A DNA stretch of 64,000 bases. Source: Elioraea sp. (GTDB lineage: Bacteria; Pseudomonadota; Alphaproteobacteria; Acetobacterales; Acetobacteraceae). Position 1 is the stretch's first letter; each line of letters starts with the position of its first letter. Both the position numbers and the translations under genes were made by a program. The DNA is taken from NCBI RefSeq assembly GCF_051860475.1, contig NZ_JBHYDW010000006.1, positions 3,174 through 67,173 of the forward strand, written 5' to 3'. Below the pieces are notes generated by a model. That model worked only from the letters and a program-made list of their open reading frames with translations. It made no database searches and was not told where the DNA came from. Shown one piece after another: positions 38,644 to 47,428 of the stretch.

Positions 38644-38699
38644 CTGACTGTCTTTCCGTGTTGCCCGCTCTCCCGCTTTCCCTATTTCCGGCTTTTGCG
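38644..38699 (-). repeat. 8-bp tandem array (parS-like), 7 degenerate units
   Basis: Minus strand cgcaaaag/ccggaaat/agggaaag/cgggagag/cgggcaac/acggaaag/acagtcag at the 3' end of the RHH gene. Confidence 0.65.
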
Positions 38700-39074
38700 C
38701 TCGTCGGTGATGTCGGCATCCCGCACCTCCACTCCGGCGAGGCGCAGCGCGAACAGGATCTGGTTGCGGATCGTCACCCCGCTCTCGGCATAGCGCCGGC
38801 GCAACTGGCGCAGCACGTAGTCCGGCACCTTGGTCGAGAGCGCCACCTCCGGGGCGGTGCGGCGCGAGACGCGCGCCGGCGGCGCGAGCAGCCCGGTCGC
38901 GGTCTCGGTGTTGATCGCGCGCACCCGGCCCGCGGCAACCGCCTCGCGGATCACCTCGGGCCGCTCGAGGCTCTCGGCGACCGCGAAGCGCGGATCGTCG
39001 GGCGCCACACGCGCGCGCGTCGCGGGCTCGATCACCGGCGGCTGAAGCCCCGGTCGGCGGGTCGTCTGGCTCAT
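38682..39074 (-). CDS. ParA partner, ribbon-helix-helix DNA-binding protein (ParG-like), 130 aa
   Basis: GAGGGGAGGG RBS before ATG 39074. C-terminal LSTKVPDYVLRQLRRRYAESGVTIRNQILFAL (beta-alpha-alpha). Directly downstream of parA. Confidence 0.72.
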   Translation of the reverse strand: MSQTTRRPGLQPPVIEPATRARVAPDDPRFAVAESLERPEVIREAVAAGRVRAINTETATGLLAPPARVSRRTAPEVALSTKVPDYVLRQLRRRYAESGVTIRNQILFALRLAGVEVRDADITDERKSRK

Positions 39075-39087
39075 CCCTCCCCTCCCC

Positions 39088-39759
39088 TCAGGCCGCCGCA
39101 TCCGCCGGCAGCGCGGCCAGCAGCCCGAGCATCTCGTCGAAGATCGCGGCGAAGTTCTGCGCGGCGTGGCTGTCGCGATCGTGCAGCGGCGGCACCCAGT
39201 GCGCGTAGCTCATCTCCTTCCACACCGTGCGTTCGCCGAAGCTCGCGGTGAGCACGCGCGCGCCGGCGCTCTCGTAGGCTTCGCGCAGGAAGCCCTCGAC
39301 GCGCGGGCGCACCGCGCCGGACGACGTGCGCACCATCAGCACGCCGCGGCCGATCGGCCGGCGCGCCACCGCCTCGGCCTCCTCGATCTGGCGCCAGGTC
39401 TCGATCCCGCCGCGGAAATCGTCCTCGCTCATCTGCGACGGCACGATCACCAGATCCGACAGCGCCATCGCCACCTGGGTGTCGTTGGTCGCCGCCCCCA
39501 TCAGGTCGATCACCACGGTGTCGTGGCGCGCGGCGAGATCGCGCACCAATACGCTGACGCGTCGTTCGCCATCCGGCACGGCGACCTCGACGCCCGCAAG
39601 TTCGGGGATGCGGGCGAAGAACCGCCCGAGCGGGCGGTTCGGATCGAGATCCATCGCCGCGACCGACCGGCCGCGCGCGACGAACTCGGCCACGGTGCAT
39701 TTCGCGAGCGTGGTCTTGCCGCTGCCGCCCTTCACCTGGGCGAAGGTGATGATCGCCAT
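39088..39759 (-). CDS. parA: ParA-family partition ATPase (short, type Ib)
   Basis: KGGSGKTT deviant Walker A, MDLDPN, VVIDL, LSDLVIVP. No N-terminal HTH. Confidence 0.9.
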   Translation of the reverse strand: MAIITFAQVKGGSGKTTLAKCTVAEFVARGRSVAAMDLDPNRPLGRFFARIPELAGVEVAVPDGERRVSVLVRDLAARHDTVVIDLMGAATNDTQVAMALSDLVIVPSQMSEDDFRGGIETWRQIEEAEAVARRPIGRGVLMVRTSSGAVRPRVEGFLREAYESAGARVLTASFGERTVWKEMSYAHWVPPLHDRDSHAAQNFAAIFDEMLGLLAALPADAAA

Positions 39760-39780
39760 CCCGTCCCTCCTCCGACTCGG

Positions 39781-39868
39781 CCGGAAAGCCGGAAACCAGG
39801 ACAGCCGGGTTTCAGTGTCTCAGGCAAGCCGGGTTTCGGGAAATCCTGAAAGCCGACAAACAAGGGCG
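39781..39868 (+). repeat. 8-bp tandem array (parS/centromere-like), 11 units, upstream of parA
   Basis: ccggaaag/ccggaaac/caggacag/ccgggttt/cagtgtct/caggcaag/ccgggttt/cgggaaat/cctgaaag/ccgacaaa/caagggcg. Confidence 0.72.
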
Positions 39869-39975
39869 CGGGATCGTGGCCGGCATGCCACAGGCAGACG
39901 CTGGCAGGTGGCATTCCCTTCTGAGGCGCCGTTTCAAATGGTGGTTTGATTATATGTGCCCAGATATGAAAGCGC

Positions 39976-40923
39976 ATGAGATTGATCGGCTACGCCCGCG
40001 TCTCGACCGCGGAACAGGATCTCGCCGCACAGCGCGCAGCCCTTGAAGCCGCCGGTTGCGCGGAGATCGTCGAGGAGACCGCCTCGGGAGCCGACCCCGG
40101 GCGCCCTGCGCTCGGTCGGCTGCTGGCTCGGATCGGCCGCGGCGACACCCTGGTCGTGGCTCGGCTCGACCGGCTGGCCCGCTCGCTCGCCCACCTGCTC
40201 GCCGTGATCGCTCAACTGCAGGCGAGGGGGGTGGGGTTTCGCTCCCTGTCGGACCCGATCGACACCGCGGGACCCTCGGGCACGCTCGTGCTGCAGATCC
40301 TCGGCGCGGTCGCGGAGTTCGAGCGGGCGCTGATCCGCGAGCGCACCCGCGCCGGGCTCGCCGCAGCGCGGGCGCGGGGCAGGCGAGGGGGCAATCCGGG
40401 GTTGGTGGCGCGCGATCCCGCCGCCATCGCCCGGCTGGCCCGGGCACGCGAGGACGCCCGACTCGCCCGCGCGCTACCGGCCGCCGAGACTTGGCTCGGC
40501 CCGGTCCGATGCCTGCGTCCGACCACCCCCTGGCCGGAAGTCGCGCGGACGGTGAACGCCGGTCTGCCGCCGGGCGCCTTGACGCTCTCCGTCGCACGCC
40601 TCAAGCGCCTCGCGCGCAGCTTCGTCTGCCATGGCTTGCTCGACGCCGCCGTGCTCACGCCGGCCCGGCGCCGGGGCAGGGCAGGGGGGCGGTTCCGGGC
40701 CATCGAGCTCGCCGCCGCCGCCTACCTGCGCGGCCGCCCCGACGCCACGCTCGCCGAGCTCGGCGCTGCGCTGCTACGCCTCGGCGTGCGCCCGCCGCGC
40801 GGCGGCGCGGCCTGGGCGCCGGCCTCGCTCAAGCGGTTGCGCGACCGCGGCCGGATGGTCGGGCTGACCGGAGTGCCGCCTGCGAGTTCTCCTTTACCCG
40901 CTGGTCGTGTCCCGCGAGGATAG
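39976..40923 (+). CDS. Serine recombinase (resolvase family) with extended C-terminus
   Basis: MRLIGYARVST, GDTLVVARLDRLARS, VAEFERALIRERT.AGL. Confidence 0.93.
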   Translation: MRLIGYARVSTAEQDLAAQRAALEAAGCAEIVEETASGADPGRPALGRLLARIGRGDTLVVARLDRLARSLAHLLAVIAQLQARGVGFRSLSDPIDTAGPSGTLVLQILGAVAEFERALIRERTRAGLAAARARGRRGGNPGLVARDPAAIARLARAREDARLARALPAAETWLGPVRCLRPTTPWPEVARTVNAGLPPGALTLSVARLKRLARSFVCHGLLDAAVLTPARRRGRAGGRFRAIELAAAAYLRGRPDATLAELGAALLRLGVRPPRGGAAWAPASLKRLRDRGRMVGLTGVPPASSPLPAGRVPRG

Positions 40924-40961
40924 AGACTGTCCTGGTCCCCGGCAGTTGAGGCCCGCACTCC

Positions 40962-41870
40962 ATGGTCAACCTGGAACGCTGGAAGCCGTCGCGCAGCCGG
41001 GCGGCCATCGAGCATCTCGCCGCCCCGGCGGTCTATCTGCTGAACCGGCCGCGCTTCGCTGGCGTCGGCCGGCTGATCTACGAGTTCGCATTGCGCTGCA
41101 ACGGCATCGGCAACAACGCCACCGGCCCCTCAGGGCTTGCGCGCGGCGAGGAGCGTTTCCTGCGCCGAGCGGCTCCGGGCTTCCGCACTGGCACTGTGCT
41201 GGATGTCGGCGCCAATGCAGGGGATTATGCCCGTTACGTCCGCAGCCTCGCTCCTGAGGCGCGCATCGTCGCGTTCGAGCCTCATCCACGCACATTCGCC
41301 AGGCTCCTGCGGGCCGCCGAGACGCATCGCTTCGAGGCGATCAACGTCGCGGTCAGCGACACCGCCGGAACGGCCAGCCTCTATGATTTCCCTGATACCG
41401 ACGGCTCCACCCAGGCGAGTCTCGATCCCGGTGTGATCATGCTTCATGGCGGGATGGCTCCGGTCAGCCATGAGGTGACGTGTACCACCCTGGATGCTTT
41501 CGCCGAGGAGCGGGACATCGACACCATCCATCTGCTCAAGATCGACACTGAGGGCTTCGACCTGAACGTGCTCAAGGGCGCGCGCCGGCTACTGGCCGAG
41601 GGCCGGATCGGGCTGATTCACTTCGAGTTCATCGGTTCGAACGTGGTCAGGCGGATCGCCATGCGTGACTTCTTCGACGTGCTTGAGGAAGGCGGGTATG
41701 GGATCGCGCGGATCTGTTTGAACGGGACGCTGCTGCCGCTCAGGGCCTATTCGCCAAAGTTCCACGAGATCTTCGTCCGCCACAATCTTGTTTCCTTCCC
41801 GCAGCGCTTCCCGATGACACCCGTGACAGCCGACTTCGCTGTGCGTCGCCACGAAAGCCAGACCTCATGA
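40962..41870 (+). CDS. FkbM-family methyltransferase
   Basis: VLDVGANAG, AFEPHP, IHLLKIDTEGFDLNVLKGA. Visibly lower GC than the neighbouring genes. Confidence 0.92.
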   Translation: MVNLERWKPSRSRAAIEHLAAPAVYLLNRPRFAGVGRLIYEFALRCNGIGNNATGPSGLARGEERFLRRAAPGFRTGTVLDVGANAGDYARYVRSLAPEARIVAFEPHPRTFARLLRAAETHRFEAINVAVSDTAGTASLYDFPDTDGSTQASLDPGVIMLHGGMAPVSHEVTCTTLDAFAEERDIDTIHLLKIDTEGFDLNVLKGARRLLAEGRIGLIHFEFIGSNVVRRIAMRDFFDVLEEGGYGIARICLNGTLLPLRAYSPKFHEIFVRHNLVSFPQRFPMTPVTADFAVRRHESQTS

Positions 41871-41988
41871 GCGATGCCGCGCGCACGCCGGCCCGGGTGT
41901 GACGGCTGGTAGTGCACCTCGCCCCCAGGACCGGCGACGGAGTTGCCGGTTAACCTCCGCGTGAGCCGGCTGTGGGAGTAGTCCGTCC

Positions 41989-42864
41989 GTGACCTCGCTC
42001 CATCCGTTCCTCTCTGTCCCGATCCGCGCGCTCTGCTGGCGGCCGCTCTGGGTACGCCACAGCCCGGCCTATGCCGAGGCCCCGCTCGCCACGCTCGGCC
42101 GCGCGCTGCGCTTCACCCTGGCCGAGCTCGGCGGGGGCGAGATCACCGCCCGCACACCGGACGGGCTGGTGCTCGCCACCATGCCGAACAACTTCAGCTC
42201 CTTCGCCATGGCGGTCGCCGGGGCGCGCGACCCGCTGATCTGGGCGTTCATCCGCCGCCGCCTGGGGCCGGGGGCGGTGGTCGTCGATGCCGGGGCGAAT
42301 GTCGGCAGCTACACCCTGCCGGCCGCCCGGCTGGTCGGTCCCGCGGGCCGGGTGATCGCCTTCGAGGCGCATCCGGTGACCTTCGGCTTCCTCGCCCGCA
42401 ACGTCGCCGCCAACGGGCTCGCCAACGTCACCGCGCTGAACCTCGCGCTCGGCGCGGGGCCGGGCCGGATCGCGATGGCGTTCAGCCCCGCCAATCCCGG
42501 CGAGACCCATGTCGCGACCGCCGCCGAGACGCGCACGACCGAGGTCGCGATGGTCCCGCTGGACGATGCCCTGGAAGGGCAGGGGCTCGGCGCGGTGGAC
42601 TACCTCAAGATCGACGTCGAGGGGTTCGAACTGCCGGTGCTGCACGGCGCGGCGCGGACGATCGCGGCGAGCCCCGGGATCGTCATCCAGACCGAGCTCC
42701 AGCCCCAGCACGCCGGCCGCTACGGCCACCGCATCGAGGACATCGCCGCCCTGCTGCGCGGCCTCGGGCTCGACCCGCATGGGCTCCGCCCTGACGGCGG
42801 CACGGTCCGGCTGGAGGGGACGCTGCGCGGCGACGTGCTCTGGATGCGGCCCCCGGCGACGTGA
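41989..42864 (+). CDS. FkbM-family methyltransferase
   Basis: VVDAGANVGSYT, AFEAHP, VDYLKIDVEGFELPVLHGA. Confidence 0.92.
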   Translation: MTSLHPFLSVPIRALCWRPLWVRHSPAYAEAPLATLGRALRFTLAELGGGEITARTPDGLVLATMPNNFSSFAMAVAGARDPLIWAFIRRRLGPGAVVVDAGANVGSYTLPAARLVGPAGRVIAFEAHPVTFGFLARNVAANGLANVTALNLALGAGPGRIAMAFSPANPGETHVATAAETRTTEVAMVPLDDALEGQGLGAVDYLKIDVEGFELPVLHGAARTIAASPGIVIQTELQPQHAGRYGHRIEDIAALLRGLGLDPHGLRPDGGTVRLEGTLRGDVLWMRPPAT

Positions 42865-44384
42865 GCGGCCCCCCCCCGCCGCCGGCCGCGCCCCGGCTCG
42901 GCCAACGGGTCGCGCTCGCCTCGCTCTACGCGATCCTGCAGCGGGTGATCCTGCGCGGGATCGGCCTGGTCAGCACGGTGATCCTGGCCCGGCTGCTGAC
43001 GCCCGAGGATTTCGGCATCATCGGCGTCGCCGCGGTGGTCCAGACCGCCCTGGAGGGCCTCACCTCGACCGGCTTCGGGCTGGCGCTGATCCGCATGCGC
43101 GAGCCGCAGCGGGTGCACTACGACACCGCCTTCACCCTCACCGTGCTGCGCGGCCTGGTGGTCGCCGGCGGCATTGCCGGCACGTCCTGGTGGCAGGCCG
43201 GGTTCATGGGCGAGCCCCGGGTCGCGCCGGTGATGTGGGTGATGGCGCTGACGGCGCTGATGCAGTCGCTCGAGAGCATCCGGATGTTCGATCTGCAGCG
43301 CGAGCTCCGGTTCGACACGCTGCTGCGCTACCACGTGCTGCAGAAGCTGCTCGGCTTCGCGATCGTCATCCCGCTCGCGTTCTGGCTGCGCAGCTACTGG
43401 GCCCTGGTGCTGGCCGCGCCGCTCAGCCGGATCGTCATGATCCCGCTGAGCTATCGGCTCGCCCCGCACCGGCCGCGCCTCGCGCTCGGCGCCTGGCGCG
43501 AGTTCTTCCATTTCTCCAAATGGCTGTTCCTCGGCAACATCTCGGCGATCATCAACCAGCAGATGATGAACCTGGTGATCGGCCGGTTCCAGGGCATGGC
43601 GGCGGTGGGGCTCTACCAGATCGCCTACCAGATCGCCGCCCTGCCGATCAGCGAGATCGCCGCCCCGCTCGGCCAGCCGGCCTATGCCGGGTTCGCCAAG
43701 GTCCGGCACCACCCGGGCGAGCTCGTCCGCTACGTGCTGGCGGGGCTCGCGCTCCAGTGGCTGGTGATCCTGCCGCTCTCGGCCGGGATCGCGCTGACCG
43801 CGCGCGAGGTGACGCTCGTGTTCCTGGGCGACCGCTGGACCGCGCTCGTGCCGCTGATGCCGATCGTGGCGATGTTCGCGCTGTTCGACGCGCTCGCGGG
43901 GTATCTCGCCACTCTGTTCATCGTGCTGGACCGGCAGGCCCGCATGGTGCTGACCGGCTACGGCGTGATGCTGCTGCGGCTCGGATCGGTGGTCTATGCG
44001 GCCGATACGTATGGGCTGATCGGCGCGGCCTGGGCCATGCTGGGCGCCGCGTGCCTCAATGTCGCGCTGTGGCAGGCGATGGCCGGACGGCTGCTCGGCC
44101 AGCGGCCGGGCTGGATGCTCGGCGCGCTGTGGCGGCCGGCCCTCGCCGCGGCGCTGATGGCCGGGTCGGTGCTCGCCATTCCGGCCGATGCGGCCGTGCG
44201 GCTCAGCCTGCCCTGGCCGATCGCCGCCACGCTCGGGATCAAGGCCGCCGCCGGCGCGGCGGTCTATCTCACCGTCACCCTCGCGCTGTGGCAGGCCTCC
44301 GGCCGGCCCGGCCAGTCGGCCGAGTCGCATCTCGCCCGCATGGCCGGCGGCGCGCTCGCCCGGTTCACCCGCCGGACCGCCTGA
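42861..44384 (+). CDS. wzx: Wzx-type polysaccharide flippase (PST family)
   Basis: LARLLTPEDFGIIG, about 12 TM segments, WREFFHFSKWL, VGLYQIAY. Confidence 0.9.
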   Translation: MSGPPPPPAAPRLGQRVALASLYAILQRVILRGIGLVSTVILARLLTPEDFGIIGVAAVVQTALEGLTSTGFGLALIRMREPQRVHYDTAFTLTVLRGLVVAGGIAGTSWWQAGFMGEPRVAPVMWVMALTALMQSLESIRMFDLQRELRFDTLLRYHVLQKLLGFAIVIPLAFWLRSYWALVLAAPLSRIVMIPLSYRLAPHRPRLALGAWREFFHFSKWLFLGNISAIINQQMMNLVIGRFQGMAAVGLYQIAYQIAALPISEIAAPLGQPAYAGFAKVRHHPGELVRYVLAGLALQWLVILPLSAGIALTAREVTLVFLGDRWTALVPLMPIVAMFALFDALAGYLATLFIVLDRQARMVLTGYGVMLLRLGSVVYAADTYGLIGAAWAMLGAACLNVALWQAMAGRLLGQRPGWMLGALWRPALAAALMAGSVLAIPADAAVRLSLPWPIAATLGIKAAAGAAVYLTVTLALWQASGRPGQSAESHLARMAGGALARFTRRTA

Positions 44385-44402
44385 GCCCAGGAGCAGCCCC
44401 CC

Positions 44403-45359
44403 ATGCCCCTCCACCTCGTCACCGGCGGCTGCGGCTTCATCGGCTCGCACCTCGCCGCCGCGCTGATCGCCCGCGGCGACGCCGTGCGCGTGCTCGACGA
44501 CCTCTCCACCGGGTCGCGCGCCAATCTCGCGCCCGGCGCCGAGCTGGTGGTGGGCGATGTCGCCGATCCGGCCACGGTGCGCGCTGCCATGGCGGGGGTG
44601 GACGGGGTGGTCCACCTCGCCGCGATCGCCTCCGTGCAGCGCTGCACCGAGGACTGGCTGGGCGCGCACCGGGTGAACCTGGGCGGCACGATCGCGGTGT
44701 TCGACGCGGCCCGGGCCGGGCGGGGCAGGGCGCCCGTGCCGGTCGTCTATGCCTCCTCGGCGGCGGTGTACGGCGAGCAGGCGCGGCTGCCGATCACCGA
44801 GGACGCGCCCTGCCGCCCGCTCTCGGCCTATGGCGCCGACAAGCTCGGCTCGGAGCTGCACGCGCGGGTCGCCGGCGCGGTGCACGGCGTGCCGACGATG
44901 GGCTTGCGCTTCTTCAACGTGTTCGGGCCGCGCCAGGACCCGCGCTCGCCCTATTCGGGGGTGATCTCGATCTTCTGCGACCGGTTCGCCCGCGGCGAAG
45001 GGGTGGAGGTCTACGGCGATGGCGGCCAGACGCGCGACTTCATCGCGGTCTCCGACATCGTCGCCGGGCTGCTGGCCGGACTGGCGGCGGCCTCGACCGA
45101 CGCCCCGGTGCTGAACCTGTGCACGGGGCAGGCGACCTCGGTGCTGGAGCTCGCCCGCACGATCGCGGGGCTCTGCGGGGTGGCGCCGGCGATCGCGCAC
45201 CGCGAGCCCCGCGCGGGGGAGATCCGCCACTCGGTGGGCTCGGCCGAGGCGGCGCGCGCGCTGCTGGGGCTCGGTCCGCCCAGGGGGCTCGCGGAGGGGC
45301 TGGCGGAGGTGGTGGCGTGGCTCAGGGCCGGGCGGCCGGGGCTGGCCGGGGCGGGGTAG
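44403..45359 (+). CDS. NAD-dependent nucleotide-sugar epimerase/dehydratase
   Basis: VTGGCGFIGSH, ASSAAVYG, YGADK (YxxxK), LRFFNVFGPRQDP.SPYSGV. Confidence 0.93.
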   Translation: MPLHLVTGGCGFIGSHLAAALIARGDAVRVLDDLSTGSRANLAPGAELVVGDVADPATVRAAMAGVDGVVHLAAIASVQRCTEDWLGAHRVNLGGTIAVFDAARAGRGRAPVPVVYASSAAVYGEQARLPITEDAPCRPLSAYGADKLGSELHARVAGAVHGVPTMGLRFFNVFGPRQDPRSPYSGVISIFCDRFARGEGVEVYGDGGQTRDFIAVSDIVAGLLAGLAAASTDAPVLNLCTGQATSVLELARTIAGLCGVAPAIAHREPRAGEIRHSVGSAEAARALLGLGPPRGLAEGLAEVVAWLRAGRPGLAGAG

Positions 45360-45365
45360 GAGGGG

Positions 45366-45397
45366 CCGGAAAGCCCGAAATCGGGAAACCCGGAAAG
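45366..45397 (+). repeat. Third 8-bp parS-like array (4 units)
   Basis: ccggaaag/cccgaaat/cgggaaac/ccggaaag. Confidence 0.6.
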
Positions 45398-45401
45398 AGG
45401 C

Positions 45402-45575
45402 TCAGCCGATCAGCCAGGCGATCCCGAGCCCGATCACACCCCAGAGCCCGAGCGAGACCACCGCGATCACCGCCGCCGCGGCGGGCCAGGACAGCCGTTC
45501 CGGCAGGACGGCCTCGGTCTCGGCGGGCAGGGAAGCGGCCCGCGCCGGGCGGCCTTCGGGTCCGAATCTGGTCAT
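45402..45575 (-). CDS. 57-aa small membrane protein (below the ORF-track cutoff)
   Basis: GGAGGC RBS. MTRFGPEGRPARAASLPAETEAVLPERLSWPAAAAVIAVVSLGLWGVIGLGIAWLIG, with one C-terminal TM helix. Confidence 0.6.
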   Translation of the reverse strand: MTRFGPEGRPARAASLPAETEAVLPERLSWPAAAAVIAVVSLGLWGVIGLGIAWLIG

Positions 45576-45746
45576 CGTCTGCCTCCGTCCGCATCCCTGG
45601 TCGTCGACATGGCCCGCGCTCCTGTTGCGGATCCACCACAGATCTGGTGCGAGGCGGCCGCGGCGCCAGTCACACCATCGTAAGTTGTGCCCGGCCTCTG
45701 TGGCAACGCCAAGGCGCGCAGGCAGAATGCCGTCTTCTGCGTAGCC

Positions 45747-45838
45747 ATGATGCGGCGCGGCCCGCTGCTGGTCCGTCCCCGATCACGCTGGACGAGGCCG
45801 AGGCCGCCCTCGCGGCCTCCCGTGACCGGCCGGCGTGA
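45747..45838 (+). pseudogene. Truncated/frameshifted VapB-like antitoxin tail
   Basis: MMRRGPLLV in one frame joins PITLDEAEAALAASRDRPA* in another. The stop overlaps the GTG of the PIN gene. Confidence 0.45.
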
Positions 45839-46302
45839 GCGCGCCGGCCGGACTGCTCGACAGCACCGTCGTCATCGCCTGCCTCGCCGAGGCGCACGAG
45901 CACCACGCCCCTTCGCTCACGCTGCTGGCCGAGGGGAACCCGCGGCGCTACGCCGTCGGCGCGCACAGCTACGCCGAGGCCTATGCGACGCTGACCCGGA
46001 CCGGACCGCCGGCACCGTTCCGCTTCACCGCTGCCGAGGCCTGGGCGGCGCTGCAAAGCCTGCGCGCCGTGACGGCGCTTGTCGGACTCACGCCGGCGCA
46101 GGGCTTCGATGTCGTGCGCGCCTATGCGGCGACGGACGGCATCGGCGCCCGGCTGTACGACGTCCTGATCGGACAGGTGGCGGTCGTCCATGGCATCCCG
46201 CTCCTGATCACCTGGAACACGCGCCACAGGACCGGGCTGTTCCCGGCCCTGACCGTGGCGAGCCCGGCGGAGCTTCTGGCGGACCGGCCGCGGCGGCGGT
46301 GA
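45835..46302 (+). CDS. vapC: PIN-domain protein (VapC-like toxin)
   Basis: LLDSTVVIA, YAEAYATLTR, LYDVLI, ITWNTRH: the PIN acidic active-site pattern. Confidence 0.85.
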   Translation: MSAPAGLLDSTVVIACLAEAHEHHAPSLTLLAEGNPRRYAVGAHSYAEAYATLTRTGPPAPFRFTAAEAWAALQSLRAVTALVGLTPAQGFDVVRAYAATDGIGARLYDVLIGQVAVVHGIPLLITWNTRHRTGLFPALTVASPAELLADRPRRR

Positions 46303-46325
46303 CGGGGCCGGCGCGGGCGCGCGGG

Positions 46326-46529
46326 TGTAAAGTTTTCCGACGCCTTCCCCCGCCCGACCCCGCCGGGAGGCTTGCCGGCGGCGGTGGAAACCGAGGCTTT
46401 TCCTGCCTCTCCGCGGGGCCGGGGGGGGTGGGCCGAGGAACCGCGTCGGAAAACTTTACGGTCGGGGTCAGGAGCCCACCCCACCCAGCCGCTAACCCGC
46501 CGGAATCCGCCACTGGCACATGCATTGCT
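46326..46529 (+). promoter_or_regulatory. Two PEP-CTERM boxes plus a sigma-54 promoter
   Basis: TGTAAAGTTTTCCGACG (46326-46342, inverted), CGTCGGAAAACTTTACG (46444-46460) and TGGCACATGCATTGCT (46514-46529). Confidence 0.85.
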
Positions 46530-46595
46530 TCTATGCGTGGTGAGCGTGGCGCCGGGGGCGCTACCCAGGGGACACGGTTCCGAAAGGACAGGACG

Positions 46596-47171
46596 ATGAG
46601 CAAGTTCAGGACAGCGCTTCTGGCCGGTGCGATGGTGGTGGGCCTCGGCGCGGCGGCCGATGCGGCGCCGATCACGGGCGGCATCAGCTTGGCGGGCGGG
46701 TTCACGCCCATCGACGGCTTCAGCGCTCCGACCACCCTCGCTGCCGCGACGGGCATCGACTTCGGCGCGAGCTTCGCAACCGGGGCAAGCGGTACTCTCG
46801 CCTCGTTCGGCAGTGTCAGCACCGCGGCCGGTACGCTGACCATGACGGACTTCCAGTTCGTCTCGGTGCCGCCGCCGGTCTCGCCGCTGTTCACCGCGTT
46901 CGACGGCGTCGCCACGCTGAGCTTCGACCTCAACACGGTCAGCATTATCAGCCAGAACAGTTCAACTCTGCAGCTCAGCGGGACCGGTATCCTGAGCCTG
47001 CCTGGCTTCGATCCGACACCCGGCGACTGGGTCCTCACTGCCAACTCGCTGGGGGGCACGTTCTCCTGGAGTTCGAGCACCGCCGCGGTCATCCCCGAGC
47101 CCGCCTCGCTGGCGCTGCTCGGCATGGGCCTGCTCGGCCTCGGCTTCGCCGCCCGCCGGCGCGCCGCCTGA
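46596..47171 (+). CDS. PEP-CTERM surface protein, 191 aa
   Basis: MSKFRTALLAGAMVVGLGAAADA signal peptide. C-terminal IPEPASLALLGMGLLGLGFAARRRAA. Confidence 0.95.
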   Translation: MSKFRTALLAGAMVVGLGAAADAAPITGGISLAGGFTPIDGFSAPTTLAAATGIDFGASFATGASGTLASFGSVSTAAGTLTMTDFQFVSVPPPVSPLFTAFDGVATLSFDLNTVSIISQNSSTLQLSGTGILSLPGFDPTPGDWVLTANSLGGTFSWSSSTAAVIPEPASLALLGMGLLGLGFAARRRAA

Positions 47172-47219
47172 ACCTGGGCTAGCCTTCCGATCGGGGCGGC
47201 CCCGTGCCGCTCCACCAAG

Positions 47220-47253
47220 GCAGCGGTCCCGCAAGGGACCGCTGCTTTCGTTT
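47220..47253 (+). terminator. Intrinsic terminator
   Basis: gcagcggtccc-gcaa-gggaccgctgc-tttcgttt. Confidence 0.88.
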
Positions 47254-47269
47254 GCGCGCCCCGTCGGGG

Positions 47270-47418
47270 CGTCGGAAAACTTTACATCCCCAGGCTTCCC
47301 TGGCGGCGGCAGGCCCGCCCGGCTTCGGATCGTGTCGGCGGATTTTACAGTCCAGTGTCACGGACGGACGGCCAGGCCCACAACCCCTTGAAATGCTGAC
47401 ACTGGCACGGCCATTGCT
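47270..47418 (+). promoter_or_regulatory. Two PEP-CTERM boxes plus a sigma-54 promoter, with no downstream protein gene
   Basis: CGTCGGAAAACTTTACA (47270-47286), TGTCGGCGGATTTTACA (47333-47349) and TGGCACGGCCATTGCT (47403-47418). Confidence 0.85.
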
Positions 47419-47428
47419 GGATCGTGAC

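Noticed and set aside
41867-41960. Short MSDAARTPARV* frame overlapping the FkbM stop
   Set aside because: Too short to assign. It could be a gene remnant but there is no supporting motif.
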